DNA of 63,898 bases, the filler included, from Nemertoderma westbladi (lineage: Eukaryota > Animalia > Xenacoelomorpha): the NCBI GenBank assembly GCA_032718475.1. It is 3 parts of 3 records of this genome, joined end to end, with 100 filler letters (N's around TTAATTAATTAA, not from the genome) between each part and the next. Parts side by side here need not be neighbours in the genome. Positions count along the whole stretch, not along the records: positions 1 to 29,437 come from JAUCBJ010005477.1; 2 more parts are not named here. One strand, written 5' to 3'. The notes beneath the pieces were generated by a model. It was not told the origin of the DNA. It saw only the letters and a list, made by a program, of their open reading frames with translations, and did no database searches. Positions within the stretch are counted from its first letter, which is position 1. The number at the start of each line of letters is the position of its first letter. This document shows, one piece after another, positions 1 to 13,795 of this stretch. The translations under genes and the position numbers were made by a program.

Positions 1-1199
1 AACTAAAAAATACCAAAATATCAATAAAATAAACTGTGATAAATAAAGGGAGACGTCAAATAATATTTATTCCTAAAAATATTCACCAAAAGTAAAGATA
101 ATGGTGCTGAATTCTTGTTTATTATAATAACATAAAATGCAATTATATGTCAAATACCGGTAGTAATTTATTGTATGCTGATCCCAGTGCAATGTCACGC
201 AATTGAAATTAATGACTAAATAGAAATAAATCAATGGTTAAAACACTATAAAGTACTATATATGCAACAAGGAGTTTTACTACTAAATTCAAACATTACG
301 AAATAATATAGTGTTATTTACATAACATCGTCCTTAAAACAAAAGGCATTGCATTAAATAATTCGAACTTTCTTATAAAATTTGTTTAACAATTTTGTAA
401 AAAATTAACTAAATTACTAAGACCGCAAATATTCTTAATATGAATAGGAACTTTAAATGAACAAATAAATAAGAATATTCTCCATAATAAATTAAAACTT
501 TTTGAATTTGTTTATTCTAAAACTGGAAATTATAAAAAATAACCTTTAACACGATCGTGTAAATAACACGATCTATCTATTCTTTACATTGTACACAGCT
601 TACACATCAAACTTTTAATATTCACCATCCATTTAATTTTTCTCACAGGTGTGGCCTGATGATATATACTATATACATTATGACCCGTAATATACTGTAG
701 TGTAATTCTATGACGACACCCCCCCCCCCCCAAATTTTTTCTACAAATCTTATCATATTGCTTGAAATTTGAAACGCAACTAGTTTAACTCACCGTGGTT
801 GTTACCATGAATGCGGAATTTTCGATTATGCCTTTAATTTTTTTTTGTGTATTTATGAAATAGAATAAATGGCCTGTAGCGAACATAATTCTTGCAATTT
901 TTGAATGCCTATATCTCCGCTGTTTCTAAACGAAATTCAGATATTGTTACATATTTGGAATCCTTGTAACGCAAGAGCTTTCTAAATTTATAGAGGGTGA
1001 GGGGTCTCATCTCAGCGGAAGTCTGTCCTTAAACGGGAAAATAGTAGCTAGTCTCTTCGTTTGAATATTATCTAAGTCTACTTGTGGATAAGCGTGGGAT
1101 AGAATTTGGAGACGTTGTGGGAGTTGGAAATATGAGTTACGTAAGTATGGCAGAATTAGGAAGATGGGCTTCTTTCTAAAAGTATGCCCTGCCGGCCTT

Positions 1200-1900
1200 G
1201 GAGGTCCAGCTAGTGTAACCGAATTTTATAAAAAATAGTCCAAAGTAGTTTACTTCGATATTAGGACCAGGACGTCATGTAGTTTCTGTGAAACTGACAC
1301 CATGTGGAGCAAATTGAGAAAGAGAGGAAAATTAAGGTGGCAATATGGGCAATTTTTAGTGTATATGCCTTTGAATGTTGGTTTGCGGTATATAGACGTA
1401 AGAAAGAGTTGTCCCTAGAAATTGTGACATCGAGAAAGGAGAAGCTATTGTCATGTTCATAATCCGCTGTAAATTCGAAATTCCTTATGTTGATTATTCC
1501 AGTTTAGGGAGAAAAGTGATTTAATGTTTGTAGGACAGTTGCTAAGCCATTTCGCCTCATAGTCGCAAAGGAACGCGGTAGCAAATGTAGGTCCAAGGGG
1601 GGCTTCCCGTAGATACACCGTCAATTTGGGCCACTCGAATTGCATTCGTTGAAAACAAACTCAATATTTTTGGCAGCATAGCTTTATACTGCGTCCTCGT
1701 TAAGACATCTACGATTTTCTTACTTTTAAATATTTCTAGTAACATTACAATAGTTTCGTTCACAGGTATATTTGTAAAGAGACTTTTGACACGAAGCTAG
1801 CCATGTATACATTTTGGTTAACTTCGATATTTCTCTTTTACAAAAGAGAAGGTGTCCTTGATTGTAAACTCATTACAAGTCTGTGGGGACTGTTTTGGAA
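1200..1900 (-). pseudogene. Degenerate Penelope-like element (PLE) reverse transcriptase fragment
   Basis: Minus-strand translation across frameshifts gives FTIKDTFSFVKE, MASF(D)VKSLFTNIPVNETI, QIDGVSTGSP/LGPTFATAFL and SFSFLDVTISR..TSIYRKPT, typical PLE RT motifs; boundaries approximate. Confidence 0.8.
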
Positions 1901-2014
1901 GAAGTTAATTTGCATGGTTATATTGGGGAGTACCAATAGCTGAGAGTATATGCCGTGTGTGGAATCCCTGTTTTATGTTCTATGGGGAGACCTGCATGCA
2001 AATACATAACCACT

Positions 2015-3690
2015 GTTGTTACCAACCAATCCCGGAAAAAATAACACAATCGCAATGATAACCTATCTAAAAATAGTGTTATTTTAGTCCTAGGAAAAAA
2101 TAACACATTTATTTTTCAACACTCCGGTATCTGCAATCTGCATGTTGAAATTATATTTATGCCTGTTTGCCGTGTTGTGAATACAGTAGTTAGCTTACGG
2201 TACCGGTTACCTTTACTAACATGAGTGAAAGTGAAAGTTATAAGAATAAGACTATCGTAGGCCTATGGTATGTTTTCAGTTCAGATTGTAGGTAGACTGA
2301 CTGCATGCATCGTACAGTACCGGTAGTGGTACCACAGCTTCCTTTAAGGTCTCAATCACATCACTGCCTTGCAACTACAAAACCTACCTGACCGGTACGC
2401 CTACAGAACAGAGCATATTGGGCAATAATTTAATGTACCGGTACTGGCAAACTAAACGGGAAATGCAGTACTGGTAGGCCTACACTACAAGTTCAGATTG
2501 CACACTCAACTCAGCCTACTCAGAGATCTTTTACTTTCGGTATTTGACAATTATGGACAGCAGCATCCTGATCATGGCAGGAATGCCATTCTCAACAGTT
2601 TCTACGATTCTACCGTAAAGACGAACGTACCAGACAGACAGACTTGTACCTACCAGTTGTAAATAACGTAGGTTTACATACTGCACATGCACAATGCTGT
2701 AGAACTACGGTACCGGTACAACGGTAATACAATTTAAGAAATTCCACCAAAAATATTATATTTTACTTTTTTCGCCAGGAAAAAAAGTTAAATGTTTTCT
2801 CCAGATTTTGGTCTAAATTCGGGCGAAAAAGTAACAATTTAAGAATAAATAATTATTTATTACATGGGAAAAAAATTAGAACTTTTTTTTCATTATTCTC
2901 GAGGCATTTTATTTACCGAGCTTCAGCGAGGTTAATAAAGGGTTGAGAGAATATTGAGAAACAAAATGTTCTACTTTTTTCTCATATACTGTAATACGTA
3001 AGTTTATTCTTAAGTTAAATTGGTACATCGTATACAGTATGGTAAGCCTACATTCACATATTCTCACACGAATGGTTCTGTCTACATTGTGTCTCACCCA
3101 ATTCCACACGATGTAACGCTCTCAGCTGTCCCGAGTAGACTCCCATCACTATCATCGTGTTACCTATACATACTGTGGAATGGAAATAAATTCTAGTATT
3201 TTCCATCATTTATTTTATATTACTTTATTATTTAATCTATTATATTTATTTGTTTTTTTTTTACTTTATTCCAGTTTACCCGCCAGGGGGAAATTGTTAG
3301 GCATAGGCGGCCCGCTCATGTTATTTATTTATTTTATGCCTTGGCCGCTCGTGTTATTTATTAATTTGTAATTAGTGTCTCCCCCCAAAATTTCCAAGCC
3401 CCATTTTTATATTTCTACCCCCAAACAAAACCCTTTTAGAAATCTAGGGTATCTGGATGGGTTTGGTATATTGTAAATTAATAGTGGCTTCTTGATATAA
3501 ACATGATGTAGTTGGTTATTTTTTCCGAGATTAGTTGGTAACAACACATTTATTACCCTGATATTTTGTTATTTTTTTCCGGTTATTTTAACCCTCGGAA
3601 CAGGAAAGCCTCGGCTACGCCTCGGCTAGTTCCTGTTCCTCGGGTTAAAATAACCGGAAAAATAACAAAATATCAGGGTAATAAATATAG
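2015..3690. mobile_element. Non-autonomous hairpin-ended DNA element, copy 1 (internally deleted; Crypton- or Helentron-like)
   Basis: 2015-~3052 is near-identical to 3691-~4718 and ~3053-3690 is near-identical to ~19789-20392; left end TTGTTACCAACYAATCCCGGAAAAAATAAC is inverted at ~3514-3544 and followed by a long terminal hairpin; superfamily is inference. Confidence 0.7.
3548..3686. repeat. Terminal hairpin with GCCTCGGCTACGCCTCGGC loop
   Basis: ATTTATTACCCTGATATTTTGTTATTTTT..CCGGTTATTTTAACCC..GGAACAGGAA pairs with TTCCTGTTCC..GGGTTAAAATAACCGGAAAAATAACAAAATATCAGGGTAATAAAT. Confidence 0.9.
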
Positions 3691-5164
3691 TTGTTACCAA
3701 CTAATCCCGGAAAAAATAACACAATCGCAATGATAACCTATCTAAAAATAGTGTTATTTTAGTCCTAGGAAAAAATAACACATTTATTTTTTAACACTCC
3801 GGTATCTGCAATCTGCATGTTGAAATTATATTTATGCCTGTTTGCCGTGTTGTGAATACAGTAGTTAGCTTACGGTACCGGTTACCTTTACTAACATGAG
3901 TGAAAGTGAAAGTTATAAGAATAAGACTATCATAGGCCTATGGTATGTTTTCAGTTCAGATTGTAGGTAGACTGATTGTAGGTAGGCATCGTACAGTACC
4001 GGTAGTGGTACCACAGCTTCCTTTAAGGCAGTAAGGTCTCAATCACATCACTGCCTTGCAACTACAAAACCTACCTGACCGGTACGCCTACAGAACAGAG
4101 CATATTGGGCAATAATTTAATGTACCGGTACTGGCAAACTAAACGGGAAATGCAGTACTGGTAGGCCTACACTACAAGTTCAGATTGCACACTCAACTCA
4201 GCCTACTCAGAGATCTTTTACTTTCGGTATTTGACAATTATGGACGGCAGCATCCTGATCATGGCAGGAATGCCATTCTCAACAGTTTCTAAGATTCTAC
4301 CATAAAGACGAACGTACCAGACAGACAGACTTGTACCTACCAGTTGTAAATAACGTAGGTTTACATACTGCACATGCACAATGCTGTAGAACTACGGTAC
4401 CGGTACAACGGTAATACAATTTAAGAAATTCCACCAAAAATATTATATTTTACTTTTTTCGCCAGAAAAAAAAGTTAAATGTTTTCTCCAGATTTTGGTC
4501 TAAATTCGGGCGAAAAAGTAACAATTTAAGAATAAATGGGAAAAAAATTAAAACTTTTTTTCATTATTCTCGAGGTATTTTATTTACCGAGCTTCAGCGA
4601 GGTTAATAAAAGGTTGATTGAATATTGAGAAACAAAATGTTCTACTTTTTTATACTGTAATACGTAAATTTATTTTTAAGTTAAATTGGTACATCTTATA
4701 CAGTATGGTAAGCCTACAGTACATTGGATAACGTACAGCGATATAGAGTTACAAAATAAATTGAACTATACTATTTAATATATTGCTTCCATAGTTACTG
4801 CGATTCAAATTCTTGTACTCTGGGTTTAACTCATGATTCTGATTACTCAACGTTAAATAATTCAATGTTCTCGAATATTTATTACATAACTAGAGAGCCG
4901 ATTAACAACATAAACCAATATTGGATATTGAGTTCCGTTTTGGAGTGCGCCTTGTAAATACTAAAGTTACAATAACTTTTGAGTGCGTGCATAGATTTAG
5001 CACAAATTACTTGCAAACCTTTTCTACGTCGATGCTCTTGCAACACAATTAATGAAATTTAAAAAATGACACCAAAAATATTTTATTTTTCTATTTTCGA
5101 CGGAAAAAAAGTAAAATTAATGCAATCGTATGGTTACTATTTTCCTATGGAAAAAGTACCTCCT

Positions 5165-6387
5165 TATAAAAGCTTTTGTGGGATATAACTGGACCTTTTG
5201 CTCCACAATCCAGTTTCCCCCAATGCGCTCAAATACTCTAAAAACCTACTGTAAAAGCCTTGCGGATATAATCAGTCCCTTTGCCCGCAAAGTACCGTGT
5301 AGGTGTTTTAGCGGACATAAAAGTCATTCTTTCTGTATGTGTACTTTGGCGGACATAACATGACACTAATGCCGCAATACGCCAAACCCTCTAGCACAGT
5401 GTAGCTTTGATGATTCAGATTACGACATCTACCAGCTGGTTTGCTGACATGGAAACGGCCGTTGGATCCATGGGTTCTTTGTTCGGCTTAACAGCCAATC
5501 AGAGCGATTTTCATTTTATGCGTGGAGATACTCTGCAGATCGTACTAGGCGAGTTCAGTATTGGTTTTTCCTAGGCCAAGAACACCGGCTTTGGAATGAT
5601 TCTGTGTTTCAGACTTTAGCCAACATTAGAATGGCTTTAATTATAGGAACACATAACTGTTATCTTACTCAACTCAACTTAACTCAGTATCACAAACACT
5701 GCATTATTTTACTACTATTTACTGTTGGTTATTAATTGTATCAGTTGATTGAATATTGTTATTTGGAGAATATCGATAAATGATCACTAAACCCCAATCT
5801 TCTTGATACACTAAAGGTTAGAGAGACTGGTTACATATAGCAATTGCGACTTACATTATCGTGGTTTGTAGTGAGTCTAATGCTATTTTATAGGCCCTAC
5901 AAATGTCGGTTGCTATTCTCTTTATATATGATTAAAATCAGTGAAGATCGGCAGATCAGTGTGCAGTATTGTGCGGTAGTGTGTATGAGCTTGACTGATA
6001 ACAAAGCATCTCCTAAAGAATGCGCCTTATGTGTAAATCCTAAGCCATCCCGTTGTGTTTAGTATAAGTCATAGCTCTGTTTACATAGATAGAGCGCCAC
6101 GTCCTAAAGGAACTGCTAATATTTCCCAAAAGTGAATAATATTTGTCAGAGATTATATATTAACGATCAATCGAATAGTACAGTAGGCCTACACCGCAAT
6201 AAGATTAAAGCTTCCGAATCCAGTCTTCCGGGTATATCCAACGGGTGAATGGTCGCTGATAGGCTGGCTTCGGCTAATGTAGTGTTTATTTGTATCAAAT
6301 ACTTGTCATAGGCTAAAGTCGATTTATAAACTAAAAGACATATAAATTTGGCAGGTTAAACTGCTAAAGGTCTTAAAAGCGCGAACA
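5165..6387 (+). repeat. 5' LTR
   Basis: Direct repeat of 17029-18251; starts TA (mutated TG), ends GAACA. Confidence 0.95.
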
Positions 6388-6570
6388 ATAACAGTTATGT
6401 TTAAATTCTTTATTGCGGTCTAGGCAATAAATACAGTTTACTATTGTTCTGGTAAGAACAATAACAGTTATTACTCCTGATTGCAGTGTAGGCAATAAGT
6501 ACAGTTTACTATTGTTCTGGTAAGAACAATATCAGTTCTAGTTCTTTATTGCAACGTAGGCAATAAAGCC
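6383..6570 (+). repeat. About three ~70-bp tandem stem-loop units at the expected PBS position
   Basis: Units start GAACAATA and contain TTTATTGC-N-GCAATAAA and TATTGTTC-TGGTAA-GAACAATA hairpins. Confidence 0.75.
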
Positions 6571-7337
6571 GAATGTACCGGTCGACCGGTGTGACGGGAT
6601 CCAGGAGGGATCCCGATTTATCCGGTATTTAGTTCACGCGTCCCCGCCGTGTATAAAGAGTGAATGAAAGTAAAATGAGTTCTGAAGTTCGGTGTATAAT
6701 AATAAAGGTATAAGATATAGATATATTGTATAGTATATGGAAGGCGGGATACGGTAACTAAAAGTCCCGTGCTCCCCTATCTAAACTAACTAACCTATGC
6801 TAGCACTACTGCACTGAGATAACTGAATTACTGATATTGGGTTACTGGTTATATTGCACGGTTGGCCTAATTACTACCTAATCGATGCCTTGCCCCCCTC
6901 TGATTGGTTGATACCCTTGTTGGCGCCCTTTGGAGTGTTCCCGTTCACTCCACCTATTCTCTCTGGGTTAGGGGTTTGGCCCCTGACCCTTTATTGTGTG
7001 CTTCCTTCCCATTCTTATTGGGATGGCACGAGTTGGTTAATTACCCAATCTCGTGGCTCCCAATATTGCTTATCGGCTTATAACTTTATGGGGTGTTAGC
7101 GGGATTGAATAAGCTAACAACCGGTAACCTGTAGGCCTAACTACCTAACCACCGGAACCGGTACTTACTGTACAGGTACAGTAGTATTATTCGATTTTGA
7201 TAATTATATACCGGTAGGTCTTGATATTAAATCGGGGACGCCTGGTTTTTATTGGGATTTTACTTAGGCCTATTTCTGTCGGTTTTATTTACATGTAAGT
7301 TAATATTGAGCAGAAGACGTATAAGTCTGCTCAGATT

Positions 7338-7900
7338 GTTCAGATAATTGTAGGCTGGACTGTTGTCTGACTGTTGTTAGGTCTGAAGGGATTGCGGTGT
7401 GTGTAGAGTCTGTCCGATAAAGTACCAGTTAGAAACGTAGGGGCATCTTGAGTTGTAAGGTAAACCCCCTCCGAAATAATAAGTCGTCCTACTCGGTTAG
7501 AATGCATACTAACTAACCATTTCGGAATCTGCATATACTGTAGTTTATTTAGGCTTGATAGTAGTCTGCCAGCGTTTAGTCTGTATTTGTTTGTGTAGTC
7601 TGTTCAGGTACCGTAATATTATTCAGATAATTTGTAGGTTGGATTGTTGTCGGGCTGTTGTTAGGTCTGAAGAGATTGCGGCGTGTGTGGGGTCTGTCCG
7701 ATAAAGTGCCAGTTAGGAACATAGGGGCATCTTGAGTTGTAAGGTAAACCCCCTCCGAAAGAATAAGTCGTCCTACTCGGTTAGAACGCGTACTAACTAA
7801 CCATTTCGGAATCTGCACATACTGTAGTTTATTTAGGCTTGATAGTAGTCTGCCAGCATTTGGTTTGTATTTGTTTGAGTATTCTGTACGGGTAGCGTAA
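7338..7900 (+). repeat. ~284-bp tandem duplication in the LTR element leader
   Basis: Near-identical minus-strand ORFs starting at 7534 and 7818 reflect the duplicated DNA. Confidence 0.85.
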
Positions 7901-10900
7901 TATTTATTATTCAGAGTTTATGCGATTATTCGCAACATTCATGTCCCCAAGTTTATTCCTACAGTAATTGTGCTTGTTATACATACCGTTATAGTTAAAT
8001 TAACCCCGGTACTACACGGGCTGCTTGGCGTAGGTAAAGACTGGTGATTTTGTGCCCCGGTCACTCCAGCAGATACCGTGGTTCTTTTAGCTGTTCAAGT
8101 ATATTTAACTGCTGGTTATCTGTTATACAAGTACTTGTACCTAATTTAGGGTTTAGTGTACAGTGCTTTCCGAAAGTAATTAGTGTGTAGGCAGTTTATT
8201 TGTGTTGTAAAGTGGTTAATAGGCACGTTGGTTCTGGTAGACTGCGGTAATTAACTTCTAGGTAGGAACACTCCGTGAAACATAACGTAGTACTTATAGC
8301 GATACGGCTATAAGTCGTCAGATGGTGGTATTTTTTCTATCTGGACAACGCAGTATATTTATTACTGCTATATTATTCTCAAATACCGTAGTATCCTGTC
8401 CGTTGTAATAACCAGATATTCTAACCCTTTGTTAGGCTGGTTTGTAGTTTCCCTGTAAAATTAACCCTAAAAATTCGTACGTGTAATTTTTGTGTGTTTA
8501 TTTAGTGATTGTAATCTCACCATATATTGTACATAATTCGTAGATAAGTAACTTAGGCCAGTAGAATAATTTGTTTTAGTGTCCAATAAGTAGCACTTCA
8601 CTGAGAGCGCACAGCTTCTGTGTAGTGATTGCTTTCCAGAAATAGTAACATCTATTTCAATATTGTAACAAAACCCCTCACACGGGTATATATATATTAT
8701 AAATCAACTCAAAGGTTTATAAACTAGTAGGCCTGTCATACAACAATTAGGTCTTAATATCAGTTGGACTATTGCTTGAATAACAGTAATAAAGAAAATT
8801 AAAGTAACTAAGTAACCCTAAAATTTCAGAAATTCAATTATTCCAAAATAATTGACATACCGGTATCTGCAATAGGCTTATTATATTTATTCTATAAATC
8901 TAAGCTGAAATTATATACCGGTACCGATATTCTGTAATTAATTCTAGTCTATAATTATACTTATATACTATAAGTGTAAGCTGTATACCGGTATTCACGA
9001 TAGGCTTATTATATATTTATATATATTTGTGGTGAAATTATACCGGTATTCTGTGACAAACCTAGTCTGCAATAATACTTATATATACTATAAGTGTATA
9101 CCGGTATTCTAATATATTGTAATTAATTACTAGGCTGATAGTCATACTGAATTACTAGACTTGCTTTAACTGTAATATAGCAGTAGGCATTCAACTGTAC
9201 AAACAAACATGACTGACATAAAGCAAACTCTGTCAGATAGTCTACTAGAAACAACAGTCTGTTTCTCAGATCGGAGTATAGAGAATCCCAGACCGAGGTC
9301 TGAGACCCCTCCTACTGTAAGAAAGGCAACCCCTACAGTAGTTGTGTCAGAACCCAGGTTAGTAGAAGCAATTTTGCAGTTTGCGAAGTTAGTGAAGTGC
9401 CGTAGGTCTGCCATAGGCACTCGGGCTCAAGTCAAGCGGGACCAGGAGGCAGCTGTTAAACAGCAACAACATCCTAGCCAAGAACTTAGATCCCAGCGAC
9501 CCGATAGCTCCAGTAGTTCGGATACTGTAGAGCTGACCCCCGAACACGGAGTGAAGATGGCGGATACGGTTTATTCAGATCCCCTTCTCACTCTTCCTGC
9601 AGCAGTACTAACTACGGTATTGATTGCGGTGGAGGAACACCAAGTCGATTGGGCAAGAAGTAAGCGATTGACTCAAGACAGTTATGCGGGATACACAAGG
9701 GAAGAATTGATGTCTATTGTCGAGTCGCAATGGAACTTCCCCGGACCCGGACTCCCGTTAGACTTATCCGAAGCTACCTGGGAAGACATACACAGGATGG
9801 GAGTGACAAAAGATACAATGGATCCAGCTGTTTGGAAGAGGTCGGCAGCAGGATATGTGCAGGGATTCTTCGGCTCTTTAGAGCGATTAGAGGAACAACT
9901 GTTTTGACAACCCCAAGGACCTCAAGAGCAGGAAGAGCTGCTTTATCAAGTACGCGAAAGAACTCTACGCATTAGACTAATCCTATCGGCCTTTGAGGAA
10001 GCTTCCAAAAGAAGGCAGGACACGTCGTTGCAAGTTGCTGTCAAGACTTGGTTCCAGAGGGTGGATCTCAAGGTTCAAGAAACGGCCCAGTGGAAATTTT
10101 AGCTGGCTGAGCGACCAACCTATGAAGAATCAACCGATGCCACCTTTTCTCAAGTGGAAAGCGAAGTGACAGCAGAGAGACCGCGAACGAGAGACGCTAT
10201 CGACATCTATCTGTCAGACTATCAATGTTTCCTAGGCGACGAAGAGTTGAGGAGACGGCTGTCTGGACTTCGCCCTAATAGTGAAAGAGCCAAGCTTGTG
10301 TTGGACGCAATCGATGCGGAAATGTTAGCTGCTAACCAAGCTAAATTTGATGAACGCCTCCGCATAGCTAGAGTCCAAGAAGAACAAGTAAAGAAAAAAC
10401 GGATAGAAGATCGAAAAGCAGCGGCAATGGCATCAGCCGAAGCGGAAAGGAAAGCGGCAGCAGTCAAAGCGGAAAGAAAGGCAGCAGTAGCAGCAGCAGC
10501 GGCCGAAGCGGAAAGAAAAGAGGCGGAAGCAGAACGGAGAGCGTCTGAAGAGACCACCCAACTGGAGTTGGAAAATCTTCAAGAGACGCAAGACTGCATA
10601 AACAAACAGTTAACAGCTAGTCAAATGCAGATGATGAGTCGATATACTCCCAAACGACAAGGATATACATCATCTGAGGAAGGCGATACCACCGATCCTG
10701 AAGGCGGAGGAAATAGATCTCGTCTAAGTAGGCGTAGAAGAACATCTCACCGTCACAAATTGCCTGATTTGCCTCCAGCTGTTAGAAGACAACTAGCTAG
10801 CACAGACTTAGGTAGTACAGAACACACAGACCAAATTATTACCGTAGAAAGACTCCCTACTATAGTAGATGAGCCTAAAATAATTAGGCCTGTTATCGAA

Positions 10901-12179
10901 ACCACCCCTTCGGTGAGAGAGACCCCTGTACTCCCCGAACCTACCACGAAATTCCCTTTGCACAGTACTAAACTGCCTGTACCCTGTAGAACAGCCCAAG
11001 AGAATATCCCGGTCCTGGACGCCGAGAGAGAAATCCAAGATTTGTTTCCCGTTGTCCCGCGTCTGCCCGCTACTATGTTGGCGACTCCCGCTTTGGCGGT
11101 CGAGTGGGTAGATGAGGGACGGCGGGAGATGGGTCTCTTGCTCGGGCAGCTGAGGGAACACCTGGAATGTTCCTCCCGGCAGGTCCGAGATTTAGAAGGG
11201 ACTGTCCACCAGCTTAAGGGAACAGTAAGGGAAAGTAGGTTAGAATTGCAAGAAGTGCAGCAAAGTATCGCGTTAGAACGCGATAAATTAGTGAATATAC
11301 AAAAGGGTATACCAACACCCCCTGTAACCATGTGTCAACCTGTTAGGTCTGAAGTATTTAATGCGCAAGGTGTGGAGCCTACACGCATCTATGCTGCTAG
11401 TGAAGTAGAAACTCCTATAGTAAACCCTATTAAGGGTAATTATAAACCTGTTGATAATGATATTCCCTATAGACCTGATAATAATCCGAGAAATTTATAT
11501 ACCGATAACTCGATATTAAATAACACGATGGCCCAAGAAAGTTTTACGCGTCAAATGGCTAGAACCGAAGCCCGTCAAGCGGTCAAAGGTGGGAGAAATT
11601 GTCAAATTCAATGGAGATGAGATGAAATGGTTACCTTTTAATGAATATTACAAAGATAACATACAGAACTCTGTACTATCCAACGGAGAGAAACTTAGAT
11701 TCCTCATCGAATGCTTGGAAGGACCTCCCAAGTTAATGGCGTTAAAGTTTATTGGACATCCAGATGGATTAAGACAAGTTTGGGATACATTAAACATCAG
11801 GTATGGTAATAGGACAAATATAGCTAGGTATTTGTATGCGAAATTGGTAGCGCCTCAAAAGTTTCTTAGCAGCGGGATTATAGAATTCTCCGATGAAATC
11901 CAGGAAATCTGTAGACAGCTAGACTGGCTAGGTAAGTCTCATGAATATGAGAATTCTATGGTTGTAGGAGCCTTAGCCTCAGCTTTGCCAAAGGGTGGAG
12001 TGGGTACTCGTTGGGACAAAAGAGTACTATATATGATGGAACAACAACAAAGAGACCCTACCATGGCTGATCTCATCTCATTCTTAGATGGAGAGGTAAA
12101 ATTACAGCTCCTAAAGCAGTCCCGAGAGAAGACCCTGGAGAACAAGGTGAGTGAGAAACCTGTTTCTAGGAGAAAAGTA

Positions 12180-13795
12180 CTACTACTAGGATCGGCATGC
12201 TGCATTGCAGCTGCATTTTTAAGAATGCTGTGCCGGCTTGTCAACAAAATTGCACCGCCACAACTCCCTATCACCCATGACATTTGCTCGATCATCCGCA
12301 TCTTTAAGGCCAGTGTCCTTTAAGATGCGTCTCAAGAAAGTCATGGGCTGTCCACCATGCTTATTCACTCCATGAGGCTGCCAAAGTACAAGATTATGCA
12401 CTGGCTGGTCCTCACGGCGAAAGCAATGTCCTGCAAAGCGGAGGCGATTTTGTTCTAGTGTCAAGCTTGGGGGAACCAATGAGACACCTCCAATGTTATA
12501 TAGTGTCTGGTTGGAGATGTGTGCATTGTACTTGACACAATGAACCCGGCGTAGCATTCTTGTGAATGTGCCATCCAGAGATTTGGTGTCCTCAGCAGTT
12601 AGAGCCCAGCATGGACTCCCGTAGAGGAGTACTGGAACTACTGCTGCTCTAAATAATCGGACCTTAAGTTTCCGATTAATTCTCAGTGGCTTCCAAATCC
12701 TGGAAAGCCTATTCAAGGCTGCCCATGCCTTTTCCTTACGTATTCGAAGGTCCTCACCTGACTTCCGGATCCATGATCCCAGGTAACAGAAGTCGTCGAC
12801 ATGCTCAAGCATACCATCCTTTGAGCTTATGCTCTTCCGATCAGAGACTTGCTGAGGACTTTCAAAGTTAACTGTCAGAATTTTGGTCTTTCTGGAGTTA
12901 ATAAAAAGACCAACACTAGAAGCAGCATGTTCTAATGAGCTGAGGAGCCGTTGGGCTCCCTCTAATGATTCTGAGAGTACTCCTAAGTCATCAGCAAAGT
13001 CTAGATCAGTTAGGTACTTGGCAGGATTTCCTCGACTTCTGGAGCCAGTAGGTGGAGTTATCATCACCCCATCATCATTATGATGATCTAAGGACATGCG
13101 TAGAACATAGTCAACCACAATAATGAACAAGAATGGTGCAAGTGTGTCTCCTTGGAGGATGCCCGATAACACTTCAAATGGTTCTGTGTCACCGTCAACA
13201 GTAGACACAAATGTTGTCGAACCATCGTATACTGATCTGATTGCTGCAATAATTTCATCAGGAATCCCATATAATGAAAGTATGCTGAACATACGTGAGC
13301 GAGAGACTGAATCAAAGGCCTTGAAGAAGTCAACAAAGATAACAGCCAGATGCCTGTCTTTCTTTTTTGATAATTCTTCAATTATCCTTCTAAGTGCCAA
13401 AATGGGCTCCATGGTCCCACGACCTTTACGGAACCCATTCTGATTTCCACGGAGCAGTCTCTCAATGGGATCCCTGATGCGATTTAATAGAATCCTATTG
13501 TATAGCTTTGCAGCAATCAAGATCAATGAGATTCCCCGAAAAGAACCATAGAGTGTTAGGTTGCCCTTCTTGGGAACTGGCACCAACTTATTTGTTTTCA
13601 TTTCTTGTGGGACTCTTGTTGTACGGTACATGTCTACTATGATGGGATAGATGAGCTTTAAACACTCAGGTATTTTAAAGACCTCAGGGGGAACACCATC
13701 TACTCCACTGGCACGATTGGTCTTAATGCTCTTTGCAGCAGCCTTCACTTCTGCAAAGGAGATATCGCCAATGGGAATATCTGGGAGTACAGTAC
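12180..13795 (-). mobile_element. 5'-truncated RTE-clade LINE inserted in gag
   Basis: 12-bp TSD AGGAGAAAAGTA (12168-12179, 13796-13807); short (TAG)n 3' tail; RT ORF. Confidence 0.92.
12219..13748 (-). CDS. Non-LTR (RTE-like) reverse transcriptase, C-terminal part of ORF
   Basis: RASGVDG, FRGISL, NQNGFRKGRGT, FVDFFKAFDSV, GILQGDTLAPFLF, LDFADDL, FCYLGS and RLRFAGHCFR motifs. Confidence 0.93.
   Translation of the reverse strand: MKAAAKSIKTNRASGVDGVPPEVFKIPECLKLIYPIIVDMYRTTRVPQEMKTNKLVPVPKKGNLTLYGSFRGISLILIAAKLYNRILLNRIRDPIERLLRGNQNGFRKGRGTMEPILALRRIIEELSKKKDRHLAVIFVDFFKAFDSVSRSRMFSILSLYGIPDEIIAAIRSVYDGSTTFVSTVDGDTEPFEVLSGILQGDTLAPFLFIIVVDYVLRMSLDHHNDDGVMITPPTGSRSRGNPAKYLTDLDFADDLGVLSESLEGAQRLLSSLEHAASSVGLFINSRKTKILTVNFESPQQVSDRKSISSKDGMLEHVDDFCYLGSWIRKSGEDLRIRKEKAWAALNRLSRIWKPLRINRKLKVRLFRAAVVPVLLYGSPCWALTAEDTKSLDGTFTRMLRRVHCVKYNAHISNQTLYNIGGVSLVPPSLTLEQNRLRFAGHCFRREDQPVHNLVLWQPHGVNKHGGQPMTFLRRILKDTGLKDADDRANVMGDRELWRCNFVDKPAQHS

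Noticed and set aside
5130-6062. Small ORFs repeated at 17042 and 17708
   Set aside because: They recur only because they lie in the two LTRs; no recognisable coding features
9209-9907. Separate accessory or env-like ORF in the LTR element
   Set aside because: In frame with ORF 10154 across only two point stops, so more simply the Gag N-terminus
10222-11331. Antisense ORFs over gag
   Set aside because: Shadow frames of the plus-strand gag coding sequence
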